A stretch of 64,000 nucleotides of DNA from Candidatus Vogelbacteria bacterium (GTDB lineage Bacteria; Patescibacteriota; Minisyncoccia; Phycocordibacterales; XYD1-FULL-46-19). A program made the position numbers and the translations under genes. This document shows, in pieces, positions 26,545 to 36,445 of this stretch (its first letter is position 1; every line of letters starts with the position of its first letter). The DNA lies in NCBI GenBank assembly GCA_021414225.1, contig JAIOOX010000002.1:97118-161117 (forward strand), written 5' to 3'. The notes beneath the pieces are model-generated. The model ran no database searches and had not been told where the DNA came from. It saw only the letters and a list, made by a program, of their open reading frames with translations.

Positions 26545-27168
26545 ATGAAAATAACCAAATTCGAACAATCAGGATTTGTTTTAGAGACCGATCAGGGTTA
26601 TAAATTAGCGGTAGATATTGGTTCTTATACACCAATTGAAAAACTTGATGGGTTGTCGGTTGACGCTGTTCTAGTCTCTCATCTTCATGGTGATCATTTT
26701 TCGTTGGAACATATCAAACAATTAAAGCCTAAAAAGCTTTTTCTTAACCGGGAATGTTTAGAAATAATAGGCGAAGAAAACTTAGACTGTGAAATCATTG
26801 AGATTAAAACTGGAGACAGGTTTAATATTGAAGATATTCAAGTAACTGTTTTTGATGTTGACCATGGGCCCAATACAAAAGTTAAACCTAGAGAAAACTT
26901 TGGTTTTTTGATGACTGTTGATGAGCAAAAATTATACTTTGCTGGTGATATGTTTTATCCGTCCGGCTTACAAGTAACTGACCTAGAAGTTCAATACGCT
27001 CTTATTCCTGTGGGAACTTTTTATACTTTTGGTCCAACGGAAGCTTTGGAGTTTATTAAGCAATTCAAAAAAATTGAGATGGTTGTTCCTATGCATTACG
27101 AGAAAATAGAAGAAACTAAAACTGAGTTTATGTTTTTGGCTAAAAATAGTGGTTTTAATATTATTTAA
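26545..27168 (+). CDS. MBL-fold metallo-hydrolase
   Basis: VSHLHGDHF histidine motif of metallo-beta-lactamase fold proteins. Confidence 0.7.
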   Translation: MKITKFEQSGFVLETDQGYKLAVDIGSYTPIEKLDGLSVDAVLVSHLHGDHFSLEHIKQLKPKKLFLNRECLEIIGEENLDCEIIEIKTGDRFNIEDIQVTVFDVDHGPNTKVKPRENFGFLMTVDEQKLYFAGDMFYPSGLQVTDLEVQYALIPVGTFYTFGPTEALEFIKQFKKIEMVVPMHYEKIEETKTEFMFLAKNSGFNII

Positions 27169-27180
27169 TAATTAATTTTT

Positions 27181-27591
27181 ATGATTTATTTATTGATTCT
27201 CGTCTGTACAGCGATTTCTCTAGTTATTGGTTTTGTGTGGTATGGGCCCTTGTTTGGTAAATTATGGTTGAAGGTTATTAAGGCTGACGATCTAACATTA
27301 CAGGCTCGAGCAGAAATGCAGAAAAAAGCTAAACCGCTTTATTTTTTACAATTTTTGATGACGGCGGTTCAGGTGTCCGTCTTAGCTATTTTAATTACGG
27401 GTTTGAATGGTGTTCAGGCTTTGAATTACGCTTTGTTGGCGTGGTTGGGTTTTGTGGTGCCAATCTTGGCAGGTAGTGCTCTGTGGAATAACGATTCCAA
27501 AGAAGTAGCGAAAGCTAGATTTTTAATTCAAGCTGGTTACCAATTGGTTTTATTTGTCGTTTTTGGTCTTATTCTTGGTTTTTGGGCCTAA
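27181..27591 (+). CDS. DUF1761-like small membrane protein (paralog of 21577..21996)
   Basis: See the paralog at 21577. The shared motif is GxxxxGPxxGKLWxK. Confidence 0.55.
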   Translation: MIYLLILVCTAISLVIGFVWYGPLFGKLWLKVIKADDLTLQARAEMQKKAKPLYFLQFLMTAVQVSVLAILITGLNGVQALNYALLAWLGFVVPILAGSALWNNDSKEVAKARFLIQAGYQLVLFVVFGLILGFWA

Positions 27592-27634
27592 TTTGGCAGT
27601 CTGGATTGAGGATGATATAGTAGGTGGTAATATT

Positions 27635-28195
27635 ATGATTATCGTTGGTATTACTGGAACATTAGGAGCAGGAAAAGGAACGGTAGTTGATCATCTTAAA
27701 GATAAATACGACTTCAAACACTACTCGGCGCGAGATTTTTTAACAGCTGAAGTGATCAAGCGAGGTTTGCCGGTCAATCGCGATAGTATGGTGGAAGTGG
27801 GTAACGATTTGCGAGCCAAAAATCACCCTGGTTATATCGTAGAGCAATTATATAAACTAGCTTTTGCTGACGGCCACAATGCGGTGATCGAGTCAGTTAG
27901 AACTCCGGGAGAAATTGACGTTTTGGAAAATTTGCCAAATTTTTATTTGGTGGCGGTAGACGCTGAAACAAAAATCCGTTACGACCGGATTGTTTTGCGT
28001 AACTCTAGTACTGACAATGTGTCTTTTGATCACTTTAAAGCTGATGAGGAAAGGGAGATGACTAGTGTTGATCCCAATAAACAAAATTTAGCCGCTTGTA
28101 TTAAAAGGGCAAAGTATTTGTTTTTAAATAATGGTTCATTTGAAGATTTATTTGTCCAAGTTGATGAGATGGTTAATCAAATAAATCATGTATAA
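27635..28195 (+). CDS. P-loop nucleotide/nucleoside kinase-like protein
   Basis: Walker A IVGITGTLGAGKGTV shortly after the ATG at 27635. The ORF track begins at 27554 and overlaps the previous gene. Confidence 0.5.
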   Translation: MIIVGITGTLGAGKGTVVDHLKDKYDFKHYSARDFLTAEVIKRGLPVNRDSMVEVGNDLRAKNHPGYIVEQLYKLAFADGHNAVIESVRTPGEIDVLENLPNFYLVAVDAETKIRYDRIVLRNSSTDNVSFDHFKADEEREMTSVDPNKQNLAACIKRAKYLFLNNGSFEDLFVQVDEMVNQINHV

Positions 28196-28904
28196 AAGAG
28201 TATTGCTAAAGTTGTCGGGTGAACAATTTGCTGGTAAACAAGCTTTCGGTATTGATGTTGATTTTGTGGCTACTTTAGCAGAAGAAATAAAAGTACTACT
28301 GGCTGATACCAAAGTTCAGTTGGCGATTGTAGTTGGTGGAGGTAACTTTTTGCGAGGAGCAACTCTAGCTAAAAACGAATCAATGATCGAACGAGCAACT
28401 GCTGACTATATGGGTATGTTGGCAACAGTGATGAACGGGATGGCCTTGGTGGATATTTTGGAAAAGAAAGGTCAGCCTGCCCGGTTGCAAACGAGAGTTC
28501 AGATCAACTCAGTGGCTGAGCCATATATTCGCCGTCGAGCGATTCGTCATTTAGAAAAAGGCCGAGTGGTAATCGTGGCTGGTGGAACCGGTAATCCTTA
28601 TGTGACCACTGACACCGCGGCTGTTTCAACTGCTTTGGAGATTGATTGTGAATTAGTATTGAAAGCGACTAAAGTTGATAAAGTTTACACCAAAGATCCC
28701 AACAAATATCCTGACGCCGAAGCAATTTCTAAAATCTCTTATTTAGATGTCTTAAAAAACCAAGAAATAAATGTCATGGATAATGCGGCTATTTCTTTAG
28801 CGATGGACCATCACCTGCCGATTCGTGTTTTTGATCTTTTAACCAAAGGTAATGTCAGTCAGATTGTGAGTGGGGCTGACGTGGGTACTTTGATTTCTAA
28901 TTAG
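28188..28904 (+). CDS. pyrH: UMP kinase
   Basis: YKRVLLKLSGE, VVGGGN and MDNAAI motifs of the UMPK amino-acid-kinase fold. Confidence 0.9.
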   Translation: MYKRVLLKLSGEQFAGKQAFGIDVDFVATLAEEIKVLLADTKVQLAIVVGGGNFLRGATLAKNESMIERATADYMGMLATVMNGMALVDILEKKGQPARLQTRVQINSVAEPYIRRRAIRHLEKGRVVIVAGGTGNPYVTTDTAAVSTALEIDCELVLKATKVDKVYTKDPNKYPDAEAISKISYLDVLKNQEINVMDNAAISLAMDHHLPIRVFDLLTKGNVSQIVSGADVGTLISN

Positions 28905-30159
28905 GTTTCTTGGTGCTAGCTTCGCCGGCGACGTGACCAGTAGTCCAGCATAGTTGGAGGCTGTAGCCACCAGAAGGACGGTTGATATCTAGTAAGTCAC
29001 CAATGATATAAAGATTGGAGTAATGACGAGATTGCATGGTTCTAAAATCAACCTCAGTTAGTTTGACTCCGCCACTAGAGGTTACGGCTTTATCTTCACC
29101 TAACAAACCTTTTACTTCAGCGGGTAGGTGTTTTAGGGTTTTGATTAGTTTTAGTCTTTCCTCGCGAGTAACACTATGACAAGGTTGGTCGGGGTTGATC
29201 TGGGCTAGCTCTAAAATGGTGGCAACTAAACCAGAGGGAATTAGAAGGTTGAGAACATTTTTTATTTTTTTGTTACTGTCCTGGTGAAGGGTAGCCACTA
29301 GCTCAGTATTTAATTTATCTTCAGCTAGATTAGGGAGGGTGTCGATAGTCATGGAGACTTCGCCGTATTTCAATAATTCACCAATCTCTCGGCTCATATT
29401 TAAGATGGTCGGACCGGTGACACCAAAATGGGTAAATAAGATTTTACCGTGCTGTTTTGCTTGTTTGACACCATTTTGAAAAATAGTGATTTTAACGTCG
29501 GGCAGGCTAATCCCTTGGAGATTTTTGAGCCAGGAATTTTTTAGACTAACGGGAACTAAAGCTGTGCTTGGTGGTGTGACTTGGTGGCCTAGTTCTTCCA
29601 ACCATTTAAATCCGTCACCAGTTGAGCCGGTTTCTGGTCGAGATTGTCCACCGGTAGCTAGGATAAAAGAGTGGCTAGTAATAATAGTATTATTTTTTAG
29701 TTGGACACCCGTAATCCGTCCTTGATCAGTTAAGATTTTTTTGACTGGGGAGTTGGATAAAATTTCTACATTGTGGTTCTTGAGTTCACTGACTAAAACA
29801 TCCCAAACTGATTGAGATTTGTTGCTGACTGGGAAGACTCGTCCCTCGGCTTCGACCTTGGTGTCCAGTTGATGTTGGTGGAAAAAATCTAGCGTGTGTT
29901 GTACGCTCCACTTCGCAAAAGCGGAAAACAAAAATTTATCACTGTCTTTAAATTTGGCTAGCAGTTTTCGATTATCAAATTCGGCGTTGGTTAGATTACA
30001 GCGGCCACCACCAGTGATGAGAAGTTTTTTGCCAAGACTGTCGTTTTTCTCAATCAACAAAACTTGGGCGCCAGTGGCGGCGGCAGTACCCGCTGCCATC
30101 ATGCCAGCTGGTCCAGCACCGATCACGACCACATCATAAATTGAATTTGTTTTATCCAT
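28897..30159 (-). CDS. FAD-dependent oxidoreductase (HI0933/BaiN-like)
   Basis: N-terminal GxGxxG (VVVIGAGPAGMMAAGTAA), internal THFGVTGP and a C-terminal HI0933-like region. Confidence 0.75.
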   Translation of the reverse strand: MDKTNSIYDVVVIGAGPAGMMAAGTAAATGAQVLLIEKNDSLGKKLLITGGGRCNLTNAEFDNRKLLAKFKDSDKFLFSAFAKWSVQHTLDFFHQHQLDTKVEAEGRVFPVSNKSQSVWDVLVSELKNHNVEILSNSPVKKILTDQGRITGVQLKNNTIITSHSFILATGGQSRPETGSTGDGFKWLEELGHQVTPPSTALVPVSLKNSWLKNLQGISLPDVKITIFQNGVKQAKQHGKILFTHFGVTGPTILNMSREIGELLKYGEVSMTIDTLPNLAEDKLNTELVATLHQDSNKKIKNVLNLLIPSGLVATILELAQINPDQPCHSVTREERLKLIKTLKHLPAEVKGLLGEDKAVTSSGGVKLTEVDFRTMQSRHYSNLYIIGDLLDINRPSGGYSLQLCWTTGHVAGEASTKKPN

Positions 30160-30379
30160 GCTTGTCTATCATGGCAAATTATATGACAGAATGCCACTCA
30201 ATGAGCATTTTACTATACTAATCTAAGTTAATTTATGTACGGCTAATTATTTAATTTTATTATCACTTATAGCTATTTTGTTGGCTAGTTTTTTGCTCAT
30301 GCAAGGTGTCTATCAATAGCGGTTAGCCTGGTTGCAGGCAATCCACCAGAGGCGCTAAAAAGTGTTATACTAGATAAAT

Positions 30380-30721
30380 ATGAACACTAGAAATTTTATT
30401 TTAGTTATTTTAATTGTATTGGTGGGTGGACTTATTTATGCCTATGAACAAGGTTTATTGAGTCGTTTGACTGACAATGGTCGCGCTTTTGTTTTCACTT
30501 GTGCTGAAGGGGAAACTATTAAAGCCACTTTTGCCAATAGTCAGGTCGACCTGGTTTTGTCTGATGGTCGAACTCTGATTTTACCTCAAGTGATGTCTGC
30601 CTCGGGTGCTCGTTATGCTAATACGGAGGAATCTTTTGTTTTTTGGAATAAGGGTAACACCGCTTTTGTTGAGGAAAATGGTAAGATGACTATCGGTGGT
30701 TGTGTGAATGATAATAATTAA
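30380..30721 (+). CDS. MliC-family lysozyme-inhibitor-like lipoprotein
   Basis: Signal anchor followed by ...CAEGETIKATF...SASGARYAN...FVFWNKGNTAFVEENGK...C, matching the MliC fold signature with its Cys pair. Confidence 0.6.
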   Translation: MNTRNFILVILIVLVGGLIYAYEQGLLSRLTDNGRAFVFTCAEGETIKATFANSQVDLVLSDGRTLILPQVMSASGARYANTEESFVFWNKGNTAFVEENGKMTIGGCVNDNN

Positions 30722-30727
30722 TTTAAT

Positions 30728-31504
30728 ATGGCAAAAAAACAAAACAACTTCAAAACGATCACTATCCTGCTGCTACTCCTAGTGGCGGTGGTGATTGGCG
30801 GCTATGTCTATATAACTTATCTAAAGAACCCAACTTTTAAGTCTCTTTTTGGTGATCAGGCTTCTAGTACTCCGGTTACCTTGAGTCTTGGTGAAGCGGA
30901 GCAATTACTTAAGACAGCTACCATCGACCTAGATGATGTGTCTCAGGGGGTGACCCTGGTCAATGGTAATGCGGAATTTTCAGCGGAAGATACTCCTATC
31001 AAAGGAAGTGTGACACTAGGTAATATAATCGAGATTCAAAAAGTAGGTGATCGAGTTGATGTTTTGACTACAATGGTGGTTGATTATGGTGGTAGCGGTA
31101 ACTTTGTTTATTTAGTCTTGTTTGAAAACAAACAAGGGAAGTTAGTCCAAAAATCTATGGTCTTGCTGGGTGATCGAGTTAAGGTTAGTGAAGTAGAGAC
31201 TGGTAATTCAATTAAGACAGGTGTTGATTATTTAGTTGATGTTTTTATTCTTGATCGAGGTGAAAACGAATCGATGGCAGCGGTGCCAAGTGTACCTAAA
31301 ACTATCAATTTGTCAGTTAAGTCTGGGCAATTAAGTGTGATTGAACCGGTGACGGTCTCTGATCCTAAGCCGGTGACTCCACCAACTGAAGCGGTCTTTT
31401 GTACGATGGATGCCAAAATGTGTCCTGATGGTTCTTATGTTGGTCGGTCTGGTCCAAACTGTGAGTTCAAGTGCCCAGTTGGCGAGTCTACCTCAACTAA
31501 CTAA
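30728..31504 (+). CDS. hypothetical membrane-anchored secreted protein
   Basis: N-terminal TM, then beta-rich segments and a C-terminal Cys cluster (CTMDAKMCPDG...CEFKCP). Confidence 0.45.
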   Translation: MAKKQNNFKTITILLLLLVAVVIGGYVYITYLKNPTFKSLFGDQASSTPVTLSLGEAEQLLKTATIDLDDVSQGVTLVNGNAEFSAEDTPIKGSVTLGNIIEIQKVGDRVDVLTTMVVDYGGSGNFVYLVLFENKQGKLVQKSMVLLGDRVKVSEVETGNSIKTGVDYLVDVFILDRGENESMAAVPSVPKTINLSVKSGQLSVIEPVTVSDPKPVTPPTEAVFCTMDAKMCPDGSYVGRSGPNCEFKCPVGESTSTN

Positions 31505-31508
31505 TTTT

Positions 31509-31907
31509 ATGGATAATACTTATAGCTGGTATCAAACTTTGATCAAGCCGACCTGGGCCCCACCAGCTTGGCTCTTTGGTCCAGTGTGGACTGTTCTCTA
31601 TGTGATCATTGCGGGGTCATTTGGCTATGTTGGTTATCTGTTCCTAAACAAAAGAGTCTCCTTTATGGTAGTGCTACCATTTTTACTGAATCTTTTGTTT
31701 AATTTTATTTTCTCACCAATCCAATTCGGCCTGCAAAACAATTATCTAGCGGCTTTGGATATTTTATTGGTTTTGATCACTCTAGTCTGGGCTCTGGTGG
31801 CTATTTATCCTTATGCCTCTTGGGTCTCCTTCGTCAATTTGCCTTATCTAGCGTGGGTCTGCTTTGCGACCGTTCTTCAGTTAACGGTGACGTATATCAA
31901 TCGTTAA
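31509..31907 (+). CDS. TspO/MBR family tryptophan-rich sensory protein
   Basis: YSWYQTLIKPTWAPPAWLFGPVWTVLY is the TspO signature. The ATG at 31509 follows the upstream stop, whereas the track start at 31410 overlaps the upstream gene. Confidence 0.7.
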   Translation: MDNTYSWYQTLIKPTWAPPAWLFGPVWTVLYVIIAGSFGYVGYLFLNKRVSFMVVLPFLLNLLFNFIFSPIQFGLQNNYLAALDILLVLITLVWALVAIYPYASWVSFVNLPYLAWVCFATVLQLTVTYINR

Positions 31908-31909
31908 AA

Positions 31910-32476
31910 ATGTCCAAAGACTTTTTTATCACCGGTATTCCAACTTCTGGTAAATCATATTTAGCAGAAAAGTTAGCTAAAGAGACTGGTGGGGTACATG
32001 TGCGGATTGATGATTGGCGAGAGAAAGAGGCTGGCGATCCACGATTTAAACAAGCGATTAATTTCTATCTAGACCAAGACGAAAAAACTTATTACACGAC
32101 CACTACTTTTGACGAACAATGGGTCAACTTGGTCTGGCAATCAGAAGAGTTGTGGCCGGGGATTATAGAATATATCCAGTCTTTTGCTGGTGAAGCTCGA
32201 CCGGTTATTTTTGAAGGGGTTAATCTTTTACCTCATTTAGTTAAACGAGATTTAGATTGGTCTGGTCTTTGTTTGATCGGAACCACTTTTGAGGAAACAT
32301 TGCGACGTAATATAGCTGACCCACGTTGGGGTGACACTGAGGAATTGCAAAAATTAGAAGCCGAGTCTTTTTTCTACGGTGAACGTCCACGATATCAAGC
32401 TGAAGCGCAAAAGTATGGTTATTCAGTCTTTACGAGTGCTGAAGAAGCCTATCCTGAGGTCTTAAAATTGCTGTAG
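31910..32476 (+). CDS. P-loop NTPase/kinase-like protein
   Basis: Walker A GIPTSGKSY near the N-terminus, after the ATG at 31910. Confidence 0.5.
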   Translation: MSKDFFITGIPTSGKSYLAEKLAKETGGVHVRIDDWREKEAGDPRFKQAINFYLDQDEKTYYTTTTFDEQWVNLVWQSEELWPGIIEYIQSFAGEARPVIFEGVNLLPHLVKRDLDWSGLCLIGTTFEETLRRNIADPRWGDTEELQKLEAESFFYGERPRYQAEAQKYGYSVFTSAEEAYPEVLKLL

Positions 32477-32481
32477 CTTGG

Positions 32482-32901
32482 GTGTATAATACTGGGTATA
32501 TGAAAAGGACTATTTTAATCCTGAGTATTGGCGGGACAATTTTTGCCGGCTATCTCAGTGCAGTCAAATTATTAAGTAATAACTGTGCTTTAAAAGAATC
32601 GTGCCCGATTTTCTTTGGTTATCCAGCTTGTTACTATGGTTTTGCTATCTATCTGACTTTAGCTATTTTGGCTTATTTGTTGGTTAGTAATCGTTTGAAG
32701 ATTAATTCGGCTTTAAATTGGATCATGACTGTGTCGGCCGTAGGAATATTGTTTGCCGGCTATTCTAGTTATTTAGATCTACCAGTCTGGATGACGAGTG
32801 GTGTAGGTGCTTTCTCACTAGGTGTACCTAGTTGTTTTATTGGCCTACTGTTTTATATTGCCATTTTCTTTATGGCTTTATCAGAGAAGTCTAAAGTGTA
32901 G
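32482..32901 (+). CDS. VKOR/DsbB-like thiol-oxidoreductase membrane protein (tentative)
   Basis: 4 TM helices with a loop Cys pair (CALKESC) and further conserved Cys residues (PACYYG, PSC), reminiscent of vitamin-K-epoxide-reductase-family proteins. Confidence 0.4.
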   Translation: MYNTGYMKRTILILSIGGTIFAGYLSAVKLLSNNCALKESCPIFFGYPACYYGFAIYLTLAILAYLLVSNRLKINSALNWIMTVSAVGILFAGYSSYLDLPVWMTSGVGAFSLGVPSCFIGLLFYIAIFFMALSEKSKV

Positions 32902-32924
32902 TTATTAATTTAATTTTAAAAAAT

Positions 32925-33314
32925 ATGTCTAAACCTTATATTACAAATATTGAAGAAGAAACAATTACTAATACTAATTTTCGGCAGGTGGTTTTCACCG
33001 CTCCTCACAGTCAGGTGGTGTTGATGTCTTTGTTGCCTGGAGAAGAGATTGGGGTAGAGGTGCATAAGGTTGATCAATTTTTCCGGATCGAAGCAGGGCA
33101 AGGGAAGGCGGTGGTTGATGATGAGGAGTATCCTTTGGCAGATGGGACCGCTTTGTTGGTACCAGCTGGCTCAGAGCACAACCTGATTAATACTGGTGAT
33201 GTAGATCTTAAGCTCTACACTATTTATTCTCCCGCTAACCATATCGACGGTCGAGTTCACGCTACCAAAGATGATGCGGTGGCTGACGAAGAGGACGAGG
33301 CTTTTGGGAACTAG
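32925..33314 (+). CDS. cupin-domain protein
   Basis: The cupin_2 pattern GEEIGVEVHKVDQFFRIEAGQGKAVV...LLVPAGSEHNLINTG, carrying H/E metal ligands. Confidence 0.7.
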   Translation: MSKPYITNIEEETITNTNFRQVVFTAPHSQVVLMSLLPGEEIGVEVHKVDQFFRIEAGQGKAVVDDEEYPLADGTALLVPAGSEHNLINTGDVDLKLYTIYSPANHIDGRVHATKDDAVADEEDEAFGN

Positions 33315-33381
33315 AGCTTTAAATTAAAGATATAAACCACAAAACCGGCGAAGAGTCGGTTTTGTGGTAAAATACTAAATC

Positions 33382-34224
33382 ATGGCTATAGACAAGTATA
33401 CAGCGGTGTGGGTCTCGCACTCCTCAATGGGGGATTTTTTGAAATGCCCGCGCGCTTATTTTTTACATAATGTTTATAAAGACCCTAAGACTAATCACAA
33501 AATTAGTTTGGTTAGTCCGGCAATGTCACTTGGTCAGGCGGTTCATAATACGATTGAAGCTCTGAAGACTATACCCGTAGCTGACCGGTTGAAACGAGAT
33601 TTACTGTCTGATTTTGAAATAAATTGGCAAGAAGTGTCTGGCCGGAAGGGTGGTTTCAAATCCGAAGGAGAAGAGAGTGAAGCTAAAGCGCGCGGCCGAG
33701 CCATGATCGAGAGAGTGATTAATCAGCCTGGACCTTTAGCTCAAAAAACAGTTAAGTTACCAGAGGCTCACAACTCCATGCCGCCCAACTTTTATTTATC
33801 AGAGGATGATAATATTATTCTGTGTGGTTTGATAGACTGGTTGGAATATATTGAAGCCGACGACAGTGTGAAAGTGTTAGATTTTAAAACTGGCAAGCAT
33901 GAAGAAAGTGATGATTCATTGCAATTGCCGATATATTTATTGTTGTTAAATGCTTTGCAAAAGCGCAAAGTGTCGGGCGCGGCTTATTGGTATCTCGATC
34001 GAGATGATGAGCCAGTTGATATGGTTTTGCCGGATCCTGATGAGGCTAAAGCCAAAGTGTTGGCGGTAGCTCGACAGGTTAAACAAGCTCGCGAAACAAA
34101 AACTTTCTTATGCCCAAAAGGGGAGGGTGGTTGCTTTGCTTGCAAACCTTATGAGCAAATTGTGGCTGGTCAGGCGGAATATTTGGGAGTTGGTGGTTAT
34201 GGAGCTGATCTTTATATTATTTAG
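33382..34224 (+). CDS. PD-(D/E)XK nuclease with 4-Cys cluster (Cas4/RecB-family-like)
   Basis: An N-terminal Cys (FLKCPRAYF), CGLIDWLEY (motif II D), VLDFKTGK (D-x-K), QLPIYLLLL (the QxxxY motif of RecB-family nucleases) and C-terminal CPKGEGGCFACKPY (Cx5CxxC). Confidence 0.7.
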   Translation: MAIDKYTAVWVSHSSMGDFLKCPRAYFLHNVYKDPKTNHKISLVSPAMSLGQAVHNTIEALKTIPVADRLKRDLLSDFEINWQEVSGRKGGFKSEGEESEAKARGRAMIERVINQPGPLAQKTVKLPEAHNSMPPNFYLSEDDNIILCGLIDWLEYIEADDSVKVLDFKTGKHEESDDSLQLPIYLLLLNALQKRKVSGAAYWYLDRDDEPVDMVLPDPDEAKAKVLAVARQVKQARETKTFLCPKGEGGCFACKPYEQIVAGQAEYLGVGGYGADLYII

Positions 34225-34227
34225 CTT

Positions 34228-35928
34228 ATGACTCAAACCGACGCTCTTAATATTTTAAAAACTGGGGCCAGTATTTTTCTGACTGGTAACGCTGGTAGTG
34301 GTAAGACCTATTTACTCAATCGGTATATTGAGTGGCTGAGTGATTGTGGAATTGGTTTTGCGGTCACCGCTTCGACTGGTATTGCCGCCACTCACCTAGG
34401 TGGCCAAACTATCCACTCTTTTACAGGGATTGGAATTAGACAAGAGTTGAGTCCTTATGATTTAGACGAATTAGGTAGTCGAAAATATTTACACGATCGG
34501 TTTAGTAAAGTTAAAGTGTTGATTATTGATGAGGTGTCGATGCTGCACGCTAGCACCCTTGATTTGGTCGACGAGGTTTGTCGCTTGTTTAAAGATGGAG
34601 ACAAACCATTTGGTGGGTTACAGATTATTATGTCGGGTGATTTTTTCCAATTACCGCCGATTGACCGTAATCGAGAATCAGATGACGTGACCGCTTTTGC
34701 TTATAATGCTCGAGCGTGGCGAGCGCTGGATCCGGTTATTTGTTATCTTACCGAACAACATCGTCAACATGATGATAATTTTTCTAATATTTTAAATGCT
34801 ATTCGTAATGGGTCGGTGGACCAGGATGTGGTCGACCAGTTGTCGTCTCGAGTGGGTCTGGATGAGGCTGAGATGACGGTGACGAGACTTTATGCTCACA
34901 ATCATGATATTGACCGGGTCAACCTCGCTGAACTCGCTACCTTGGAAGAAGATGTTCATTATTACGACATGGTCACCAAAGGTAAAAGTAACTTAGTTGA
35001 AACTCTCAAAAAAAGTGTCTTAGCGCCAGAACATTTAGCTTTGAAACCCGGGGCTTTGGTAATGTGTGTTAAAAATAATTATGAACGCGGTTATGTGAAC
35101 GGCACTTTGGGGACAGTGGTGTCCTGTGAAGCTGATGCGCCAGTGATCAAAACCAAGCAGGGTAAAATTATTAAAGTTTTTCCTGAATCTTGGGCGATCG
35201 AAGAAGATGGCAAAATAAAAGCCGAGGTTGCTCAGGTGCCGTTGCGCTTAGCTTGGGCGATTACTATCCATAAAAGTCAGGGAATGAGTTTGGATTCGGC
35301 GGTGATCGACCTATCTCGCTCTTTTACTCACGGGATGGGTTATGTGGCATTATCTCGATTGCGGACTCTCGATGGTCTGTATCTGCAGGGGTTCAACAAT
35401 ATGGCTTTGTCGGTTCATCCTGGGGTGGCAAGTCTTGATGTGGGATTACATAAACAGTCACGTTTAGCTGAACGAGCGGTGCAAAGCCTGGGGGAAGAAA
35501 AAATGGCAGATAAACATCGAGCTTTTGTGGCTCGGGTGGGTGGGACTTGGCCTGAAGTTGGAACAGTTAAAGATAAAAAAACTAGCAAACAAAAAAGATC
35601 TTTGGTGGACAAAACCAAGGGAGCGACGGAAGTGGAGACCGCGAAAATGATTTCTGAAGGTAAAACTATTGCTCAGGTAGCCAAAGAACGAAAATTGACG
35701 ACGAGTACTATTTTCACCCATTTAGAAAAAGCTTTAACCAACGAGGTACCAGTAAAATTAGATCACCTGAAGCCGAATCACGATCTGTTAACTAAGATTA
35801 AAAAAGCTTTTCATAAAACCAAAGATAATAAATTGTCACCGGTCAAAACTATTTTAGATAAAGAAGGTTTTGATTGTTCTTTTGATGATATTCGGTTAGC
35901 TCGATTATTTGTTGAGTTTAAGAAATAA
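34228..35928 (+). CDS. Pif1/RecD-family SF1 DNA helicase with C-terminal HTH
   Basis: Walker A TGNAGSGKTYLL, TASTGIAA, Walker B LIIDEVSML, plus motifs LYAHNHDIDRVN and ITIHKSQG. A C-terminal HTH-like segment (TIAQVAKERKLTTSTIFTHL) follows. The start lies 4 nt after the nuclease stop. Confidence 0.8.
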   Translation: MTQTDALNILKTGASIFLTGNAGSGKTYLLNRYIEWLSDCGIGFAVTASTGIAATHLGGQTIHSFTGIGIRQELSPYDLDELGSRKYLHDRFSKVKVLIIDEVSMLHASTLDLVDEVCRLFKDGDKPFGGLQIIMSGDFFQLPPIDRNRESDDVTAFAYNARAWRALDPVICYLTEQHRQHDDNFSNILNAIRNGSVDQDVVDQLSSRVGLDEAEMTVTRLYAHNHDIDRVNLAELATLEEDVHYYDMVTKGKSNLVETLKKSVLAPEHLALKPGALVMCVKNNYERGYVNGTLGTVVSCEADAPVIKTKQGKIIKVFPESWAIEEDGKIKAEVAQVPLRLAWAITIHKSQGMSLDSAVIDLSRSFTHGMGYVALSRLRTLDGLYLQGFNNMALSVHPGVASLDVGLHKQSRLAERAVQSLGEEKMADKHRAFVARVGGTWPEVGTVKDKKTSKQKRSLVDKTKGATEVETAKMISEGKTIAQVAKERKLTTSTIFTHLEKALTNEVPVKLDHLKPNHDLLTKIKKAFHKTKDNKLSPVKTILDKEGFDCSFDDIRLARLFVEFKK

Positions 35929-35932
35929 AATT

Positions 35933-36442
35933 ATGAAAAAAATTGTGACTGTTAACGATAAAATGCAGCAGGGTTATAAATATGAGCTGGTTGCGCCCGT
36001 GGGGAAAAAATTTGACCCAGACTTTAAACCAGATTTAACTCCAGCTGAGATGTTAAAGTTGGGAGTTTTTGGTGGTAAGTATATGACTGACTGCCGAGGC
36101 GAGTTTCCAGCTAGCTGGTTTAAAGAAGCTAAATTGTCACCAGAGAAAGCTTATCCTAAATTAAATTTTTTCAAAATTAAAGCCTCTCAACCACTCGCGA
36201 TTTGGCGCCAGAAAGGTTGGATCAATGAAGATCATGACCCGCGCGGTTGGTTTCAATGGTACTGTCGTTATTATCAAGGTCGTCGCTTGCCAGTAGAGGA
36301 TGAAAGACAAATTAAACGTTGGAAAAATATGAGACGTCACTTGGCTCAGATTGCCCATCATTGTCGAGTAGGAGATTTTGGTTGTCGTCCTCGCCAACGT
36401 CAAGCTTTGCTTCATTGGGCTTACGACAGCCGTAAAATTTAA
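35933..36442 (+). CDS. hypothetical protein
   Basis: 169 aa, Trp/Arg-rich (GWFQWYCRYYQGRR). It sits between the helicase and the alkD-like gene. No family assignment. Confidence 0.45.
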   Translation: MKKIVTVNDKMQQGYKYELVAPVGKKFDPDFKPDLTPAEMLKLGVFGGKYMTDCRGEFPASWFKEAKLSPEKAYPKLNFFKIKASQPLAIWRQKGWINEDHDPRGWFQWYCRYYQGRRLPVEDERQIKRWKNMRRHLAQIAHHCRVGDFGCRPRQRQALLHWAYDSRKI

Positions 36443-36445
36443 TTT

